Shown here: positions 41,174 through 55,578 of the stretch, one piece after another
How the letters are laid out: each line of letters starts with the position of its first letter
Position numbering within the stretch: position 1 is the stretch's first letter
Assembly (NCBI GenBank): GCA_964016885.1
Contig: OZ024742.1
Coordinates: 82,646,001-82,710,000 of the forward strand
From: Eledone cirrhosa
Taxonomy: Eukaryota
Length of the DNA: 64,000 bases
Reading direction: 5' to 3'
Program-made: the position numbers and the translations under genes
The notes under the pieces: generated by a model
Databases searched by the model: none
Told to the model about the DNA's origin: nothing
The model's input: only the letters and a program-made list of their open reading frames with translations

Positions 41174-42322
41174 CTTAATTGTAAGTTGTGATGTTGCTGT
41201 TCCACTCATATTTTCTATTTAATTTTGGTTGTAATTCTTTTATGTTTATTGCCTCTGTGAATTGTCTAAACATTGCGTCTTTTCTGTGTGTAGATTCTAT
41301 TTTTATTTCTATGTTCTCTAATTTACCCTTATGTTCTATTTTAGCATGTTGGCAGAGTACAGATAATTCTTTACTATCTTGAAGGTCTCGTCAGTGTTCA
41401 TTTATCCGTTCCCCTACACTACGAGCTGTCTCACCTATGTACACTATATTTTTGTCTCTACATTGTCCTTCAGTACATCTTATGCTATACACTACATTTC
41501 TAGTTTTACAGTTAATAAGGGGGCTTATTTTACAGGTTATACATTTCTTATCTATACAGGGGGGTCTTTGGAAAGGGTATGTCTTGCTAATAAGTGTTTT
41601 TACGGATGTACCTGGTCTTTCTACTATCTTAATATTGAGTTTATGTTTATCTAGGGCCCTTCTAAATTTGTAAGCTAATTCACCTCTAGGGGTTGTATCG
41701 ATGAACATTACACTCTGGTATTTATTGCTATCATGCCATGAGTTTATTCTATTGGCCTTATTCCTAGTTCTTTCTATTCTATTCCAGAATTTGCTCCTAT
41801 ACAAGGGGCAGGTCCCATTGTGTCATTATTTACCATTTTTTCCCATTTGGTTCTGGCTCCTCTATACACTCTGATTCTATCTCTTTGATTGTAACCAGAG
41901 AACTGCATACGGTGGATGAAGTGTTGTATGTGTCTCTCTAGTTCTTCGGGGTTGCACATGCGGGACACGTTTCTCATCACACGTACCAAATCCGCAATCA
42001 GTATGTTGATTTTGGTATGGTCCGAAACAGCCGAATTTCGGTGGTTCAGATGTTTGGAAGTCATGGGTTTGGCATCATGGGAATGGAGGATTTGTTTTTT
42101 TGTTATTAATGGTATCTAACCAGAGCTCTGTGTCTAGTACAGGTAATCGATGGTTGGGGTGTTTACTTGGGTAGTCTATAGTAACTCTAACACTCTGGTG
42201 GATGGAGTTAGCTATTTGCTGGATGCTTTCCATTGTGTTTTTCTCTAGTTCCTGACTGTTCTCTAGTGGGGTGTCTTAACTACGATGTTTATATCATCAA
42301 CGTAGCGGGAGTACATTATCAG
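41174..42322 (-). pseudogene. PLE RT C-terminus (RYVDD) + thumb + GIY-YIG, disrupted
   Basis: RYVDD at 42293-42307; RLPVLD; HRMQFSGY; C..C...NCKTRNVVYSIRC...YIGETARSVGERINEH. Confidence 0.9.
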
Positions 42323-42925
42323 GAGACCCCGCCCCCCCCCTGTATAGATAAGAATTGTTTAACCTGTAAAATAAGCCCCCATATTAACTGTAAAACTAGA
42401 AATGTAGTGTATAGCATACGATGTACTGAAGGAAAATATAGAGACAAAAATATAGTGTACATAGGTGAGACAGCTCGTAGTGTAGGGGAACGGATAAATG
42501 AACACTGGCGAGACCTTCAAGATAGTAAATAATCATCTGTACTCTACCAACATGCTAAAATAGAACATAAGGGTAAATTAGAGGACATAGAAATAAAAAT
42601 AGAATCTACACACAGAAAAGACGCAATGTTTAGACAAATCACAGATGCAATAAACATAAAAGAATTACAACCAAAATTAAATAGAAAATATGAGTGGAAC
42701 AGCAACATCACAATTTACAATTAAGGACAACATGAAAACACACACGCACATAGAACAAACAAACAACCAGTAACATGTAAATAAACAAATAAATAAACGA
42801 ATATAAACACACACAGACACCCGGATGTGGCGCATGCACAGACTGAGCACACAACACACACACAGAAACAAAATGGCGTAGGACAGAAAAAAGGAGGGCC
42901 ACAAAAACAAAGAAAAGAATCCCCA

Positions 42926-42968
42926 GTCACTGAAGAGGTCACAGAATGTGTGACGAAAGAACTTTGAC
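42926..42968 (+). ncRNA. Minimal type-I hammerhead ribozyme (family A; mirror copy at 40944-40986, minus strand)
   Basis: GTCA CTGAAGA gGTCACA gaatg TGTGAC GAAA GAAC TT TGAC. Confidence 0.72.
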
Positions 42969-43118
42969 AATATATAAATAACTATCTGGTTGTGGAACCA
43001 ACCAACCAACCAGAAATTTATAAATTCCTAAATTTATAAATTTATTATAATAAATTGAAGTGAAAGCAACTGGTGCGTGTGTTTCTTATTGGCAACATGA
43101 CCCTCCCAAAGTATAACA

Positions 43119-43683
<565 letters not shown>

Positions 43684-43740
43684 TATATATATATATATGT
43701 ATGTATACACATATATACATACACACACACACACACATAT

Positions 43741-44407
43741 ACTGTATATATAAAGTTGTGTTCCTGTCTATTTGTTTATTCAAGAACTCATCCTATGGTT
43801 TTGGACATAGACCCCGATACCCATATATATTCTGAAACTACATTGCCCAGGGTACTTGGATATGTATATTTCATTTTAATCAAAGGGTTCTCCGGGGCCA
43901 CAAGCCCACGCTGAAAAATTTTCCCCTTGGTTGATATGAAATTTAAACAATAGATAAATGACAAGATATGATGCTTATTCACAAAATATCAGCAAATTTC
44001 AATTATATTAAGACACCCTAATGGGTGTTAATCCCCCTATTAGGGTTTCCACGGAGGCAGAAAACCCCGCTGAAAATGTTTTCCCTTCGAATTATATGAA
44101 ATTTAAACCATAGTTAAATGACAAGATATGATGCCTATTTACAAAAGTTTTGAATTTGTATTTTGAAAAAAATTATTTACAATAAACAAATAAGAATAAG
44201 ATTTAATAACCTAATTTTGATTTGATATTTTACAAAAAATAATCTTTTCCAATTGTTCATGCATTACATTTTACATTAAGTAATTTTGAAATGCAGAGTT
44301 TATTTCCATAAATTATACACTGATGTAAAATCAATCATCATTTTCTTACAAAAAATAAAAAAATAAAAAATGTGTGAAACGCACCTAGGCGCGGGTAATT
44401 CGGCTAG
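43741..44407 (+). mobile_element. Non-autonomous Helitron-like element
   Basis: Starts CTGTATATATAAAG; internal ~165-bp subrepeat; imperfect GC-rich hairpin then CTAG|T at 44404-44407. Confidence 0.6.
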
Positions 44408-44484
44408 TAAATCCATAAATAGCTGAGGAAACGGCTTGAGCTCTGCCGTCGGGGTCTAACATTTTCCTATATATATATATATAT

Positions 44485-45019
44485 AAATGGAAAAATGAAA
44501 CGAAATTTCATTTCTCACTCTTGGTACGGCTGTTACTTAAATATAAGTATGTATACGTACATACATATATGTATACGTCTGAATACATATATGTATGTAC
44601 GTATACATACTTATATTTAAGTAACAGCCGTACTACGAGTGAGAAATGGAATTTCGTTTCATTTTTTCCATTTATCGTTTTCGGTGCGCCCCGCCGACTA
44701 ACTCACTCGATATGCAAATTAGGCTGCTCAGCCGTTTATATGCATAAGGAAAGTATATACTTTCAGACGTTCAATCATCTGGCAGGAAGGTATGCGATGC
44801 TGACGATAGCTAATAAGCTTGAAACTAGTACATCGTTCCTTTGTCAGTGTTGAACAAAAGGGCAACGATGGTTTCTATACACTGTAGGGCTTAATTCGGG
44901 CTGTTTATTTACAAATAAACCGAGCATTATAATAAATGTTCGGTAAACCCATACGTACATATATATATATGTGTGCATGTATGTATATATACACATACTA
45001 CTGTACGTCTGTATACATA

Positions 45020-45020
<1 letters not shown>
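44485..45020 (+). mobile_element. Family B unit with an inverted terminal arm (44485-44575)
   Basis: Homology to the other family B copies; local hairpin 44485-44675. Confidence 0.8.
44794..44836 (+). ncRNA. Minimal type-I hammerhead ribozyme (family B)
   Basis: GCGATG CTGACGA tAGCTaataAGCTt GAAA CTAG TA CATCGT. Confidence 0.85.
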
Positions 45021-45086
<66 letters not shown>

Positions 45087-45104
45087 ATACACACACACAC
45101 AGAT

Positions 45105-45433
45105 ATCCACGGTAAGTTGTGGGGTTCAGTCTGCAAGAAGAACTCAATGTAATCCATATGTTGAAAATGTAGATTAAAATGAATCACGGAAAACAATAAA
45201 AGATTAAAATGAAATCAGAGTCATGATATAAGTTAAAACAATGAAATAAAAAATCAAGTCATTAGAAATATACTTCACTGCTTTACGATCTTTCTATGTG
45301 GTGATAATACATCGTAACTATACTTAGTTATCGATAACCAAGTATAGTTACGTTGTATTATCATCACCGAGAAACGATCGTAAAGCCGTGAAGAATATTT
45401 TTAATGACTTGATTTTTTATTTCATTGTTTTAA

Positions 45434-45437
<4 letters not shown>
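45105..45437. mobile_element. Near-perfect ~210-bp palindrome with a one-sided tail
   Basis: Centre TCGA at ~45332; contains GAAA CGATCG TA, the 3' half of an HHR. Confidence 0.75.
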
Positions 45438-45476
<39 letters not shown>

Positions 45477-45479
45477 GAA

Positions 45480-45707
45480 GACAGGAGAGTGCTCTATGTA
45501 TGCTACAGAGGTATTTAATTACGTGATAAACAACATGAGACAATTATTCCATTTACCAAAGGTTTCACGAAGACAGACGAGCTCAATAGATACGTCCATA
45601 TTAAATGTTCATGCTGATGAACGATTTCAGACGTCTCTGTTCATCTCGTCTGTCTTCGTGAAACGTTTGGTAAATGGAATAATTGTATTATGTTGTTTAT
45701 TACATAA

Positions 45708-45710
<3 letters not shown>
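45480..45710 (+). mobile_element. Small fold-back element with an HHR-like core
   Basis: Arms ~45516-45581 and ~45645-45710; CTGATGA ACGA...TCGT GAAA CG TT at 45614-45667; stem I weak. Confidence 0.65.
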
Positions 45711-45789
<79 letters not shown>

Positions 45790-45791
<2 letters not shown>

Positions 45792-46487
45792 CCAGACAGT
45801 TGCAGCAAACGTGGCCCTCTCAACGGAGACATCAACAACAAGTGGGGTGCCACAGGCACAGTCCTGGCACCACTACTGTTTTTGGTGGCTCTCTCAGACA
45901 TGGCTTCTGTAGTACACACAACGTCCCTCAGTAGTTGTGCTGATGACACTAAGGTAGCACAGGCAATCAAAAACCCGGCTGACACTGCCCTTTTACAACA
46001 AGATCTGGATGACATATACAAATGGGTGGAAGACAACAACAGGCAGATTAATGCCGGCAAATTCCAAGCCCTACAATACAAACCTGCAGACACAAATACA
46101 GTACAACACAGTTACACTGGCTCAGGAGGCACTGAAATTCCCGTGTCGAAATCGATACGAGACCTGGGTATAGACATGAGTGATGATGCATCTTTTTCCT
46201 CACACATCATGAAAGTGGCGACAATGTGCAGACTACTCGCTGGCTGGATCTTGAGGACTTTCCGGACAAGAAACCGAGACACCATGTTGATACTATGGAG
46301 GCCATTCGTCCTAATCCGCCTGGACTATTGCTCCCAGCTATGGTCCCTCCATAGTGTCAAACTAACCATGGAGCTTGAGGTAATCCAGCGAAGCTACACC
46401 AAGAGGATTTCGACGATGAAGGAGATAAGTTACTGGGAGAGGCTAAAATAACTAAACCTCTACTCCTTGGAACGCAGACGGGAGAGT
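45790..46487 (+). pseudogene. CR1-group LINE RT fragment
   Basis: SGVPQ...VLAPLLF, ADDTKV, LQQDLDDIYKW, RDLG, RLDYCSQLW, SYWERLK*LNLYSLERRR. Confidence 0.85.
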
Positions 46488-47446
46488 CAAATAACGTGAA
46501 GCTGCTGATAAGTCAACGAAAGGACAAATAAATTTGCGTCACCGTAGCGACATAGTTTTGATGGCACCCAGCTACATATGCTTAAAATGTTGTCTTTGGA
46601 GAAAATCTGAGTCAATTGTTTGAACATGGTAAGCAAAGGGCTTCTGCACGAGTTGCAAAACGTTAAGTCACTTTTCCTGTAAATTAATATCGCAGGTTGT
46701 TACAGAACATGAAGCATCTCACAGAGACAGAGATGACAATGCGTCTGCCGGATCAACTTAGGAGAGTTCTGTTCAGAATGCACCATTTAATACTTGATGT
46801 GTTGTGTCCATGCTCACTGGGCCATCATACGATACTAGACAGGACAGAAGTGTTAAATATGTTACTACAACAAAAGGCATGTTTTTCTTGTACAGTGTCT
46901 CGGGATGTGACCGAGGGTTTAAAAGGGATTTGAGAGATTGGATCCGCCTAGAAGAGAGGTTTTAGGTTTTGAGCAATTGCAGGTTGACTTCGGTGTTGAG
47001 GTGTCTCTGGACATATGATTTTTCTTGTTATAGGCTGCGATGTATAAATATACTGACATACAAACATATTTTTGCTAGTCAGTACAGAGCGTTTATTTGG
47101 TTGTCTAGCATAAAGATAAATTATCTATATCTAAATTTCTTTTAATTAGAAGTTTTGACTGAAATATAATCCATATCAACTATTCTTCCCTCCATAAAAG
47201 CATAAAAACTATTTCTTATATCTGCATATTTGCTGTCATTGTCTATTTATTATAGAATGACTGAGCCTATCATTCCGTGTTCGGTTGTATATTGATATAG
47301 CAAATTTCTCTGCCTCTCGGTCTTCCAGTCACACACGCTCACACACATACACAAGCCTGCCCCCCCCTATCACTCTCTTACTCGGTCTGTATATATATAT
47401 ATATATATATATATACAGACCGAGTAAGAGAGAGTATATATATATA

Positions 47447-48533
47447 CTAGCAGCAGTCCCAGCATTGCCTGGGTAGGTAAAATAATATTTGCTTTGATGA
47501 AAAGGTGTTGATCTTAGCGACTGCTTCTCGATTAATCATCTATGGTCACACACAGGCCATGCGGGGGAGGGTGGTGATGACCTCTAGCACTGAGAAACGC
47601 GAGTGACTGACGAAGGGGCATGCTGAAGGAGTGGCGTAATGACCTCTAACACTAAGCCAAATTTCCTCACGCTACTTGATTGGAAATCGATGAATTCTCA
47701 AATACACAACTAAAAGCTCAAACGACGTCAGTGGCCATTATTTTGCCTTTGACAATCTATAATATGTGCAATGACAGGTTCTATCGTAGTATAAAAGTTG
47801 AACCAAATAAATTAATTTATGTGTGAGGTGGAGCCCAAGTTTCGAATTTGAACGAAATCGGTTGAAAAATGTGGGAGCTAATTATAGGTTCTATCGTAGT
47901 ATAAAAGTTGAACAAAATAAATTGGTTTATGTGTGAGGTGGAGCCGAAGTTTCGAATTTGAACGAAATCGGTTGAAAAGTGTGGGAGCTAGAGCCGAAAA
48001 GGCGGAAATTTGAGCGAAAATGTCGTATTTTCGAATATTTAAGCGGCTACCACGCCGTTCCTTATAAAGAAAATGCAAAATGCAAAGCCACTTTACGAGG
48101 TGAAATAATCAGATCTAATATAGTGTAAAATTTGAACAAATTAATGTGGGAGCTAGAGCCGAAAAAGCGGAAATTTGAGTCTAAAGGTGGTATTTTTGAA
48201 TATTTAAGCCCTCCTGAACAAGAAATGCTAAATATAAAGCCATTACAGGATGTGCAATGATAAATTCTATTTTGCTTTAAACTTTGAATGAAATCAGTGG
48301 CAAAATGTGGGAGCTAGAGCCTACAATCTTATTCTTCGATAACTAAAAAAAGGTGCAAAATGACTCCGAAATAAAAAAAAAAACGATACACTGATATATA
48401 TAGAGAACACTCCCCGATGACTAATCTATGAGCCTGTAAAGTTTCATAAAAATCGGTCGTAAGATGTAGGCCCCTATAAGTAATACACAGACGCACAGAC
48501 ACACACATATACTTAATTTTATATATATACAGA
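47447..48533 (-). mobile_element. Non-autonomous Helitron (same family as 9993-11161)
   Basis: Reverse complement begins TCTGTATATATATAAAATTAAG and ends CCCAGGCAATGCTGGG ACTGCTG CTAG. Confidence 0.85.
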
Positions 48534-48823
48534 TATATAGCGAAATCCTAGTTCTTTTAGAATAATTAATATTTACAATTTATTAATTTCTACTGCATGT
48601 TTAGAAATTCGTTAGGGATATTGTGCAGTATCTGCTCCGGTTCGGTGATTTCTGTACTTATATCTCTTCTCCTGACAGGGGCTGTTGCTGCCATGTGGCG
48701 GAGAGATATGTATAATTTAAACACATAAGAAAGTATTTATTATAAGCGACCTTATACAATTTCTGCTAAACCTTTCCTTGTGTGAGTCGTAGAAACACCA
48801 TTCAGCTGTATACACACACAGAT

Positions 48824-49700
48824 GTTTCATTCTTTTCCGTTTATCGTTTTCGGTGCACCCGGCCGACTAGCTCACTCAATATGCAAATTAGGCTGCTCAG
48901 CCTTTAATATGCATAAGGAAAGTATATACTTTCAAACGTTCAATCACCTGACAGGAAGATATACGATGCTGACTATAGCTAATAAGCTTGAAACTAGTAC
49001 ATCGTTTCTGTGTCAGTGTTGAACAAAAGGGCGACGATGATTGCCGAACACTGTACGGCGTAATTCGGGCTGTATGTTTACAAACAAACCGAGCATTATA
49101 ATAAATCTTCGGTAAACCCATGCGTACATATATATATATGTGTGCATCTATGTATATCTATACATACTACTGTACGTCTGTACACATATTTGTATGTACG
49201 TATACATACTTATATTTAGTTATCAGCCGTACTAAGAGTGAGAAATGAAATTTCATTTAATTCTTTTCCATTTATGGTTTTCGGTGCACCCGGCCGTCTA
49301 ACTCACTCAATATGCAAATTAGGCTGCTCAGCCGTTAATATGCATAAGGAAAGTATATACTTTCAAACGTTCAATCATCTGACAGGAAGGTATACGATGT
49401 TGACGATAGCTAATAAGCTTGAAACTAGTACGTCGTTCCTGTGTCAGTGTTGAACAAAAGGGTGACGATGGTTGCCGAACACTGTACGGCGTAATTCCGG
49501 CTGTTTGTTTACAAACAAACCGAGCATTATAATAAATGTTCGGTAAACCCATGCGTATATATATATATATATGTGCATGTATGTATATATATACATACTA
49601 CTGTACTTCTGTAACACATATATGTATGTATATATACATACTTATATTTAGGTATCAGCCGTACTAAGAGTGAGGAATGAAATTTCGTTTCATTCTTTTC
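48824..49700 (+). mobile_element. Family B tandem dimer (period 431 bp); both HHR cores mutated
   Basis: TGTCAGTGTTGAAC at 49011 and 49442; cores read CTGACTA (48969) and TTGACGA (49400). Confidence 0.85.
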
Positions 49701-49944
49701 TATATATGTATATGTGTGTGTGTAAGTAAAATATATATATAGAGAGAGATTATGCTTAATTTGTTGAGATGCAACAAGCAAAATATTTTTATAACTGATA
49801 TAAAGCACTCAACAAATTATTGGAGTGAAAGCGCACCATAGTTTGCCTTGGTGACCCTTGAAATATGTATAATGAAATAAATATGGTTTTATAAATATAG
49901 TTTCCATTAGTTAATATATTGTATATATATATATATATATATTA

Positions 49945-50655
49945 TAGTTGAGACAGTTAACAAAAAACAAAAAAACAACGTGGAAGCGAAGAGGCAGTAC
50001 AAGTGTTAATATTAGTTTCACGCTTGAGAGTGGGGTGGGGGACGACGTTTCGGGCAAATCCCTTCATCGGGAGAAAAGTGGGCAGGAAAAGAGTTCCGAG
50101 GATGTGAGAGGGAGTGGTGGAAAGACATTAAAAAGGGGGGAAACAAATTTTAGAGGGTAAAACATTTAAAATGAAACAAGTTCTGAAAGGGTGTGAGTCG
50201 TGTAGAGGGGCGGAGGGGTGGAGTCGGGAGAGGGAAGCGCAGGGTCCGATCGGGGAGGGCTGAAGGTGGTGTGTGTATGTGTGTAGGTGTAGGTGTGTGT
50301 GTGTGTGTGGATGTGAATATGAGAGTTGGGAGAAGAACGGGGTTCCATGTTCGGGTAATAGCGAAACCGGTATGTACATGGGGCGGGGAGAAAGTCGGTG
50401 TGTGTGTGTGAGTGTGGATGGAGAGAGGTCAGAGGGGTGGGGGAGATGCGGCGTGTGCAGTTCGGAGGCTGAGTGTGTGTATGTGAAGATAGGCACGTGA
50501 GCGTGTGTGTTTTGTGTGGTGTGGGCGTATTGTTGCGTGGCGCGAAAATAGTGTAAGTGTTTGTACGTGTGTGTGTTCCTGGGTGTTTTTCCACGGACTA
50601 TAGGACCGGATGTTGAAGATGCCCAGTGTGGCAGGGTCGATGGCTGGATAGGTTT
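49945..50655 (-). mobile_element. Family F pLTR-like element with a degenerate HHR
   Basis: Homologous to 34860-35570; reverse complement at ~50040-50072 reads CCGATGA AGGG atttg CCC GAAA CG TC. Confidence 0.6.
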
Positions 50656-50873
50656 ATAATATATTTATATGTATATATATATATTTAGTATATATATGTA
50701 TATATATATATAGAATATATATATGTATATGTATGTATGTGTATATAATATGTGTGGAATATATATATATATATAGATGTGTGTATGTATGCATGTATGT
50801 ATATATATAAATTTGTATGTTTAATGTGTATGTGTATGTGTGTATAAGATATATATATATACATATATGTGTG

Positions 50874-50916
<43 letters not shown>

Positions 50917-51035
50917 GTATGTGTGTGTGTATATATATATGTATATATAACAAAATAAAAAAATAAAAATATATTTATATATATATATATACATGTATAT
51001 ATGTGTATGGTGCATGTATGTATATATGATATGTA

Positions 51036-51078
<43 letters not shown>

Positions 51079-51267
51079 GTGTGTATATATATATATATAT
51101 ATATGGTATGTGTATATAAGTGTATACAATATAGATAAAATGTTTGTGTTGGTGTTGTGTGTGTTATGTGTATGTGTGTGTATGTGTGTGTATGTGTGTG
51201 TATGTATGTGTGTGTATATATGTATATGTATGTATATATATGTATATGTATGTGTATATATATATGT

Positions 51268-51311
<44 letters not shown>

Positions 51312-51370
51312 TTGTGTATGTGTATGTATGTGTATGTATGTATGTGTTGATATGTGTTTGTATGTAATAT
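50655..51370. repeat. Complex degenerate (TA)/(TG) microsatellite field
   Basis: Direct reading. Confidence 0.9.
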
Positions 51371-52099
51371 ATATGGACTGTAGATATATTCAAATTTTAG
51401 GAAAGTGAATATGTGAACCAGCATGTCACCCCACACTTCCTATCCCAAACCAATATCAACAACACATCTTTGACAAATCTTCCCAAACTATCCTTCTTTT
51501 CTCTTTTTCCTGTCACCCCATTCAAAAGACACGTATCTTACACATCATTAAAACCCAGACAAGCACCTAAATTCATATTTCATATAGAAAGTTGTAGAAG
51601 ATATTCTTTATGGATTTGGAAAAGTTGATTCAGCTATGCCATTATATACTCATCAAAGGTCAGCTAATGAAATACGACCACCTTCTCAGACACCCTTATC
51701 TTACAACCTCACCATTTTCTGACTGTATATATATAGTCACACATTTCAACACAACCTGATCTCAGTTTGACAATCGCCACAGACAGACAATTGCGAGAAA
51801 GTTCTCCAAACCAAGTTAAACAGGAAACTCTAAAATTCTTCCAACCGAAGGTAACAAAGAACTTATTGGATCTACCAACTCATAATATTTTAATATTATA
51901 AAATTAAATCAGAAAAATGTTTTAACACTAGAAGTGAAGTCATTCTTTTCCTTTTTTTCATATATATATATATATATATATTTACATCTGTATGTGTATA
52001 CAGCTGGATGCTGTCTTTACGACTCACACAAGGAAATGTTTAGCAGAATTGTATAAGGTCGCTTACAATAAATACTTTCTTATGTGTTTAAATTATACA

Positions 52100-52764
52100 C
52101 AGAAACATTAGTGTCTGCATATCTGTTCGCATGCCAACACAAGAGCAAGAATGAAGTTTTCATTCTACTGACATGGCTATAAAATTGAGCTTGTATGCAA
52201 AATTGCAAACGAATCGAATGTTATTATTAATAGTCGAAACACTCAGATTACATTTATTGTATTCAGCCTTGTAGAGCGAAATTTTCTTTTTTATTTGAAT
52301 TTGCAAAGCCGGCCATTTATCACTGGTATACAGGAAAATGACTGGCCAGTCTGCTGATATGCAAATCTGGCTGATCAGTGGATCTGCTAATATGCAGATC
52401 TGACTGATCAGCCAGTCTGCTAATATCAAATCAGGCCGATCGGTCACTGTGTATTTTTGAAAATAGCATATATTTTCACTAGCTTTGACAGTTTGGCAGG
52501 TGAACAGTGAGCTGTACTGATGAAGGGCGATACACAGAAACATTAGTGTCTGCAGTTCTGTTCGCATGCCACCACAAGAGAAAGAATAAAGTTTTCATTC
52601 TACTGACATGGCTATAAAATTGAGCTTGTATGCAAAATTGCAAACGAATCGAATGTTATTAATAATATTCGAAAAGCTCAGATTACATATATTTTCACTA
52701 GCTCTGACAGTTTGGCAGGTGAACAGTGAGCTGTACTGATGAAGGGTGATACCCAGAAACATTA
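52100..52764 (+). mobile_element. Family C tandem HHR repeat (period ~435 bp, then an internally deleted unit)
   Basis: GAAACATTA at 52102, 52537 and 52756; complete HHR at 52509-52558. Confidence 0.82.
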
Positions 52765-52777
52765 TATACATATATAT

Positions 52778-52808
<31 letters not shown>

Positions 52809-52829
52809 TATATATACATACACACACAC

Positions 52830-52902
<73 letters not shown>

Positions 52903-53190
52903 AATGTGTATGTGTGCCTCTCCGTGTGAGTGTGCGTCTTTGTGTGTCTGTGTGTGTGGATGTGTGTTGGATGTGTCGATCCGTCTATCTATCAATTCAC
53001 AATTCTCCAAATGATTCCATGTTATACTCTTCATAACCCTCACATTTAGCTCATTTTTTTCGTCCTTTGTCACCACCATAACCTTACATTTATCTTCCAT
53101 CTAGCTCTTTTTTGCTATACATTAAATTCGGATTATTCAATGCTCATCCACTGTCTTCTCTTTCCTTGTCTTCCTCATATATAAAGGGTT

Positions 53191-53354
<164 letters not shown>

Positions 53355-53902
53355 TAGCGATGTGTGTCCGAATGGTTATACTTGCGCGTGTGCGAAGAAT
53401 ATGAGTGAGCGAGGTATTGACATACAACAGCCTGCTATTTCTGTATCCCCACAGTCAATTAACTCACTTTCAAAATGTAGTCTCCAAATTGTAGTCTGCA
53501 TATCATTCATATTCCCTGGATATCTTTTCAATTTCTCTCTCTTTCTTCCTACCCCTATTTCTCTCAAACACTCCGTTTTTCTCTCTCTACGTTTGTGTTT
53601 GCTTTTTACTATAAATCTTATGAACTGTATCAACCGTTTCTTACCCTATCGTTTAGCATTCATTCAACGTGTCTCGTAACCTCCTGCTCTATAATTACCT
53701 GGTCTTTCATATCTTATTCATAGTTTTTTACTAATATTTTTTCAATTCCTTCTCTGAGTTCAATCGCTATGTCTAGCACATGATAACCTAACTTGTCATT
53801 TTAATTCCCTAATATTCAGAACGTTTGCGGTTATGTCATTTTGATCTGGTTCCAAGTCAAATTAGAACATTGCTCTACATTAAACATTTCTACCTATCCG
53901 TC

Positions 53903-53904
53903 TT

Positions 53905-53982
<78 letters not shown>

Positions 53983-54116
53983 AGTGTATATATATATATG
54001 TGTGTGTGTAAATATATATATGTATATACATATATATATACATATATATATACACATATATATATATGTAAATACATATATATAGGTATATGTATATATA
54101 TATATATATATATAGG

Positions 54117-54169
<53 letters not shown>

Positions 54170-54170
54170 T

Positions 54171-54204
<34 letters not shown>

Positions 54205-54264
54205 GGTGTGTGTATATACATATGTGTATATATATATGTATATATATATATGTATATATATATA

Positions 54265-54330
<66 letters not shown>

Positions 54331-54567
54331 TATATACATATATATATACATATATATATACATATATATATACATATATATATTTACATATGTATACATA
54401 TATATATATACATATATATACATATATATACATATATATATACATATACATATATATATATATATATATACATATATATGCATATATATATATAAATATA
54501 TATATATATACATATATATATATACATATACATATATATGAATACATATATATATATACATATATAT

Positions 54568-54598
<31 letters not shown>

Positions 54599-54627
54599 CA
54601 TACATATATATATACATATATATATAT
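53903..54627. repeat. Compound (CT)n/(TA)n/(TATATATACA)n field
   Basis: Direct reading. Confidence 0.9.
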
Positions 54628-54629
54628 AA

Positions 54630-54850
54630 AGAAACGTTTGACTTTCGTAAAATCGGACCGAGGGAACAAGTTTTCCGTTGGTCTTTCCAATTGGTAATAC
54701 TATCTATCGGTCGCAACTCCAGGTAGAAGGAGCAACGTGAAATAAAGTGTCTTGCTCAAGGACATAACGCATCGCCTGGTCCAGGATTCGAACTCACAAC
54801 CTTACGATTGCGAATTCAATTCTCTAACCACTCAGTCACACGCCTTCACT
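54630..54850 (-). mobile_element. tRNA-derived SINE (same family as 4835-5051)
   Basis: Reverse complement has A box TGACTGAGTGGTTAGA and B box GAGTTCGAATCC; shared 3' region. Confidence 0.8.
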
Positions 54851-54957
54851 ATACATATATATATACACATATATATACACATATATATATACCTATATAT
54901 ATATAAATTTACATAATATATGTATATGTAAATACATATATATATATATATATATAT

Positions 54958-55048
54958 AGTAATAATAATAAATTATTTTCAGAAGATCCCGTTAAGGGTG
55001 AAAGCAGCGATTCTTTGCTTAAACTTTAATCTGTTATTTTAATAAATA
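54958..55048 (+). mobile_element. ~90-bp miniature of family E (tail end + HHR-like motif + pLTR end)
   Basis: AGTAATAATAATAAATT matches 57247-57263; 54977-55048 matches 59129-59200. Confidence 0.75.
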
Positions 55049-55291
55049 TATATATATATATGTATATATATATATGTGTGTATATATATATGTATATATA
55101 TATATATGTGTGTGTAAATATATATATATATATATATACATATATACACATATATATATATACATATACGCATATATATATACGGACACATATATATATA
55201 TATACACACACACATATATATATATTCATATACCTATATATATATACACATATATATGTATTTACAATATATATATGTGTATTTATATATG

Positions 55292-55323
<32 letters not shown>

Positions 55324-55357
55324 TATTTACACACACATATATATATATATATACACT

Positions 55358-55394
<37 letters not shown>

Positions 55395-55491
55395 CAATTT
55401 ATATTTATAGCTATAACTGTATCTATTTTTCTATATACCTACCAAATATTTTGATATTTTGTTAACTATGTTTTTCTCTAAATATGTTTTA

Positions 55492-55526
<35 letters not shown>

Positions 55527-55547
55527 CCTCTCTCTCTCTCTCTCTCC

Positions 55548-55578
<31 letters not shown>

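Noticed and set aside
44420-44460. CTGAGGA ACGGC...GCCGT hairpin
   Set aside because: The GAAA half is missing; at most a truncated remnant.
46490-47040. Possible mariner end or LINE endonuclease remnant
   Set aside because: Too degenerate to assign by eye.
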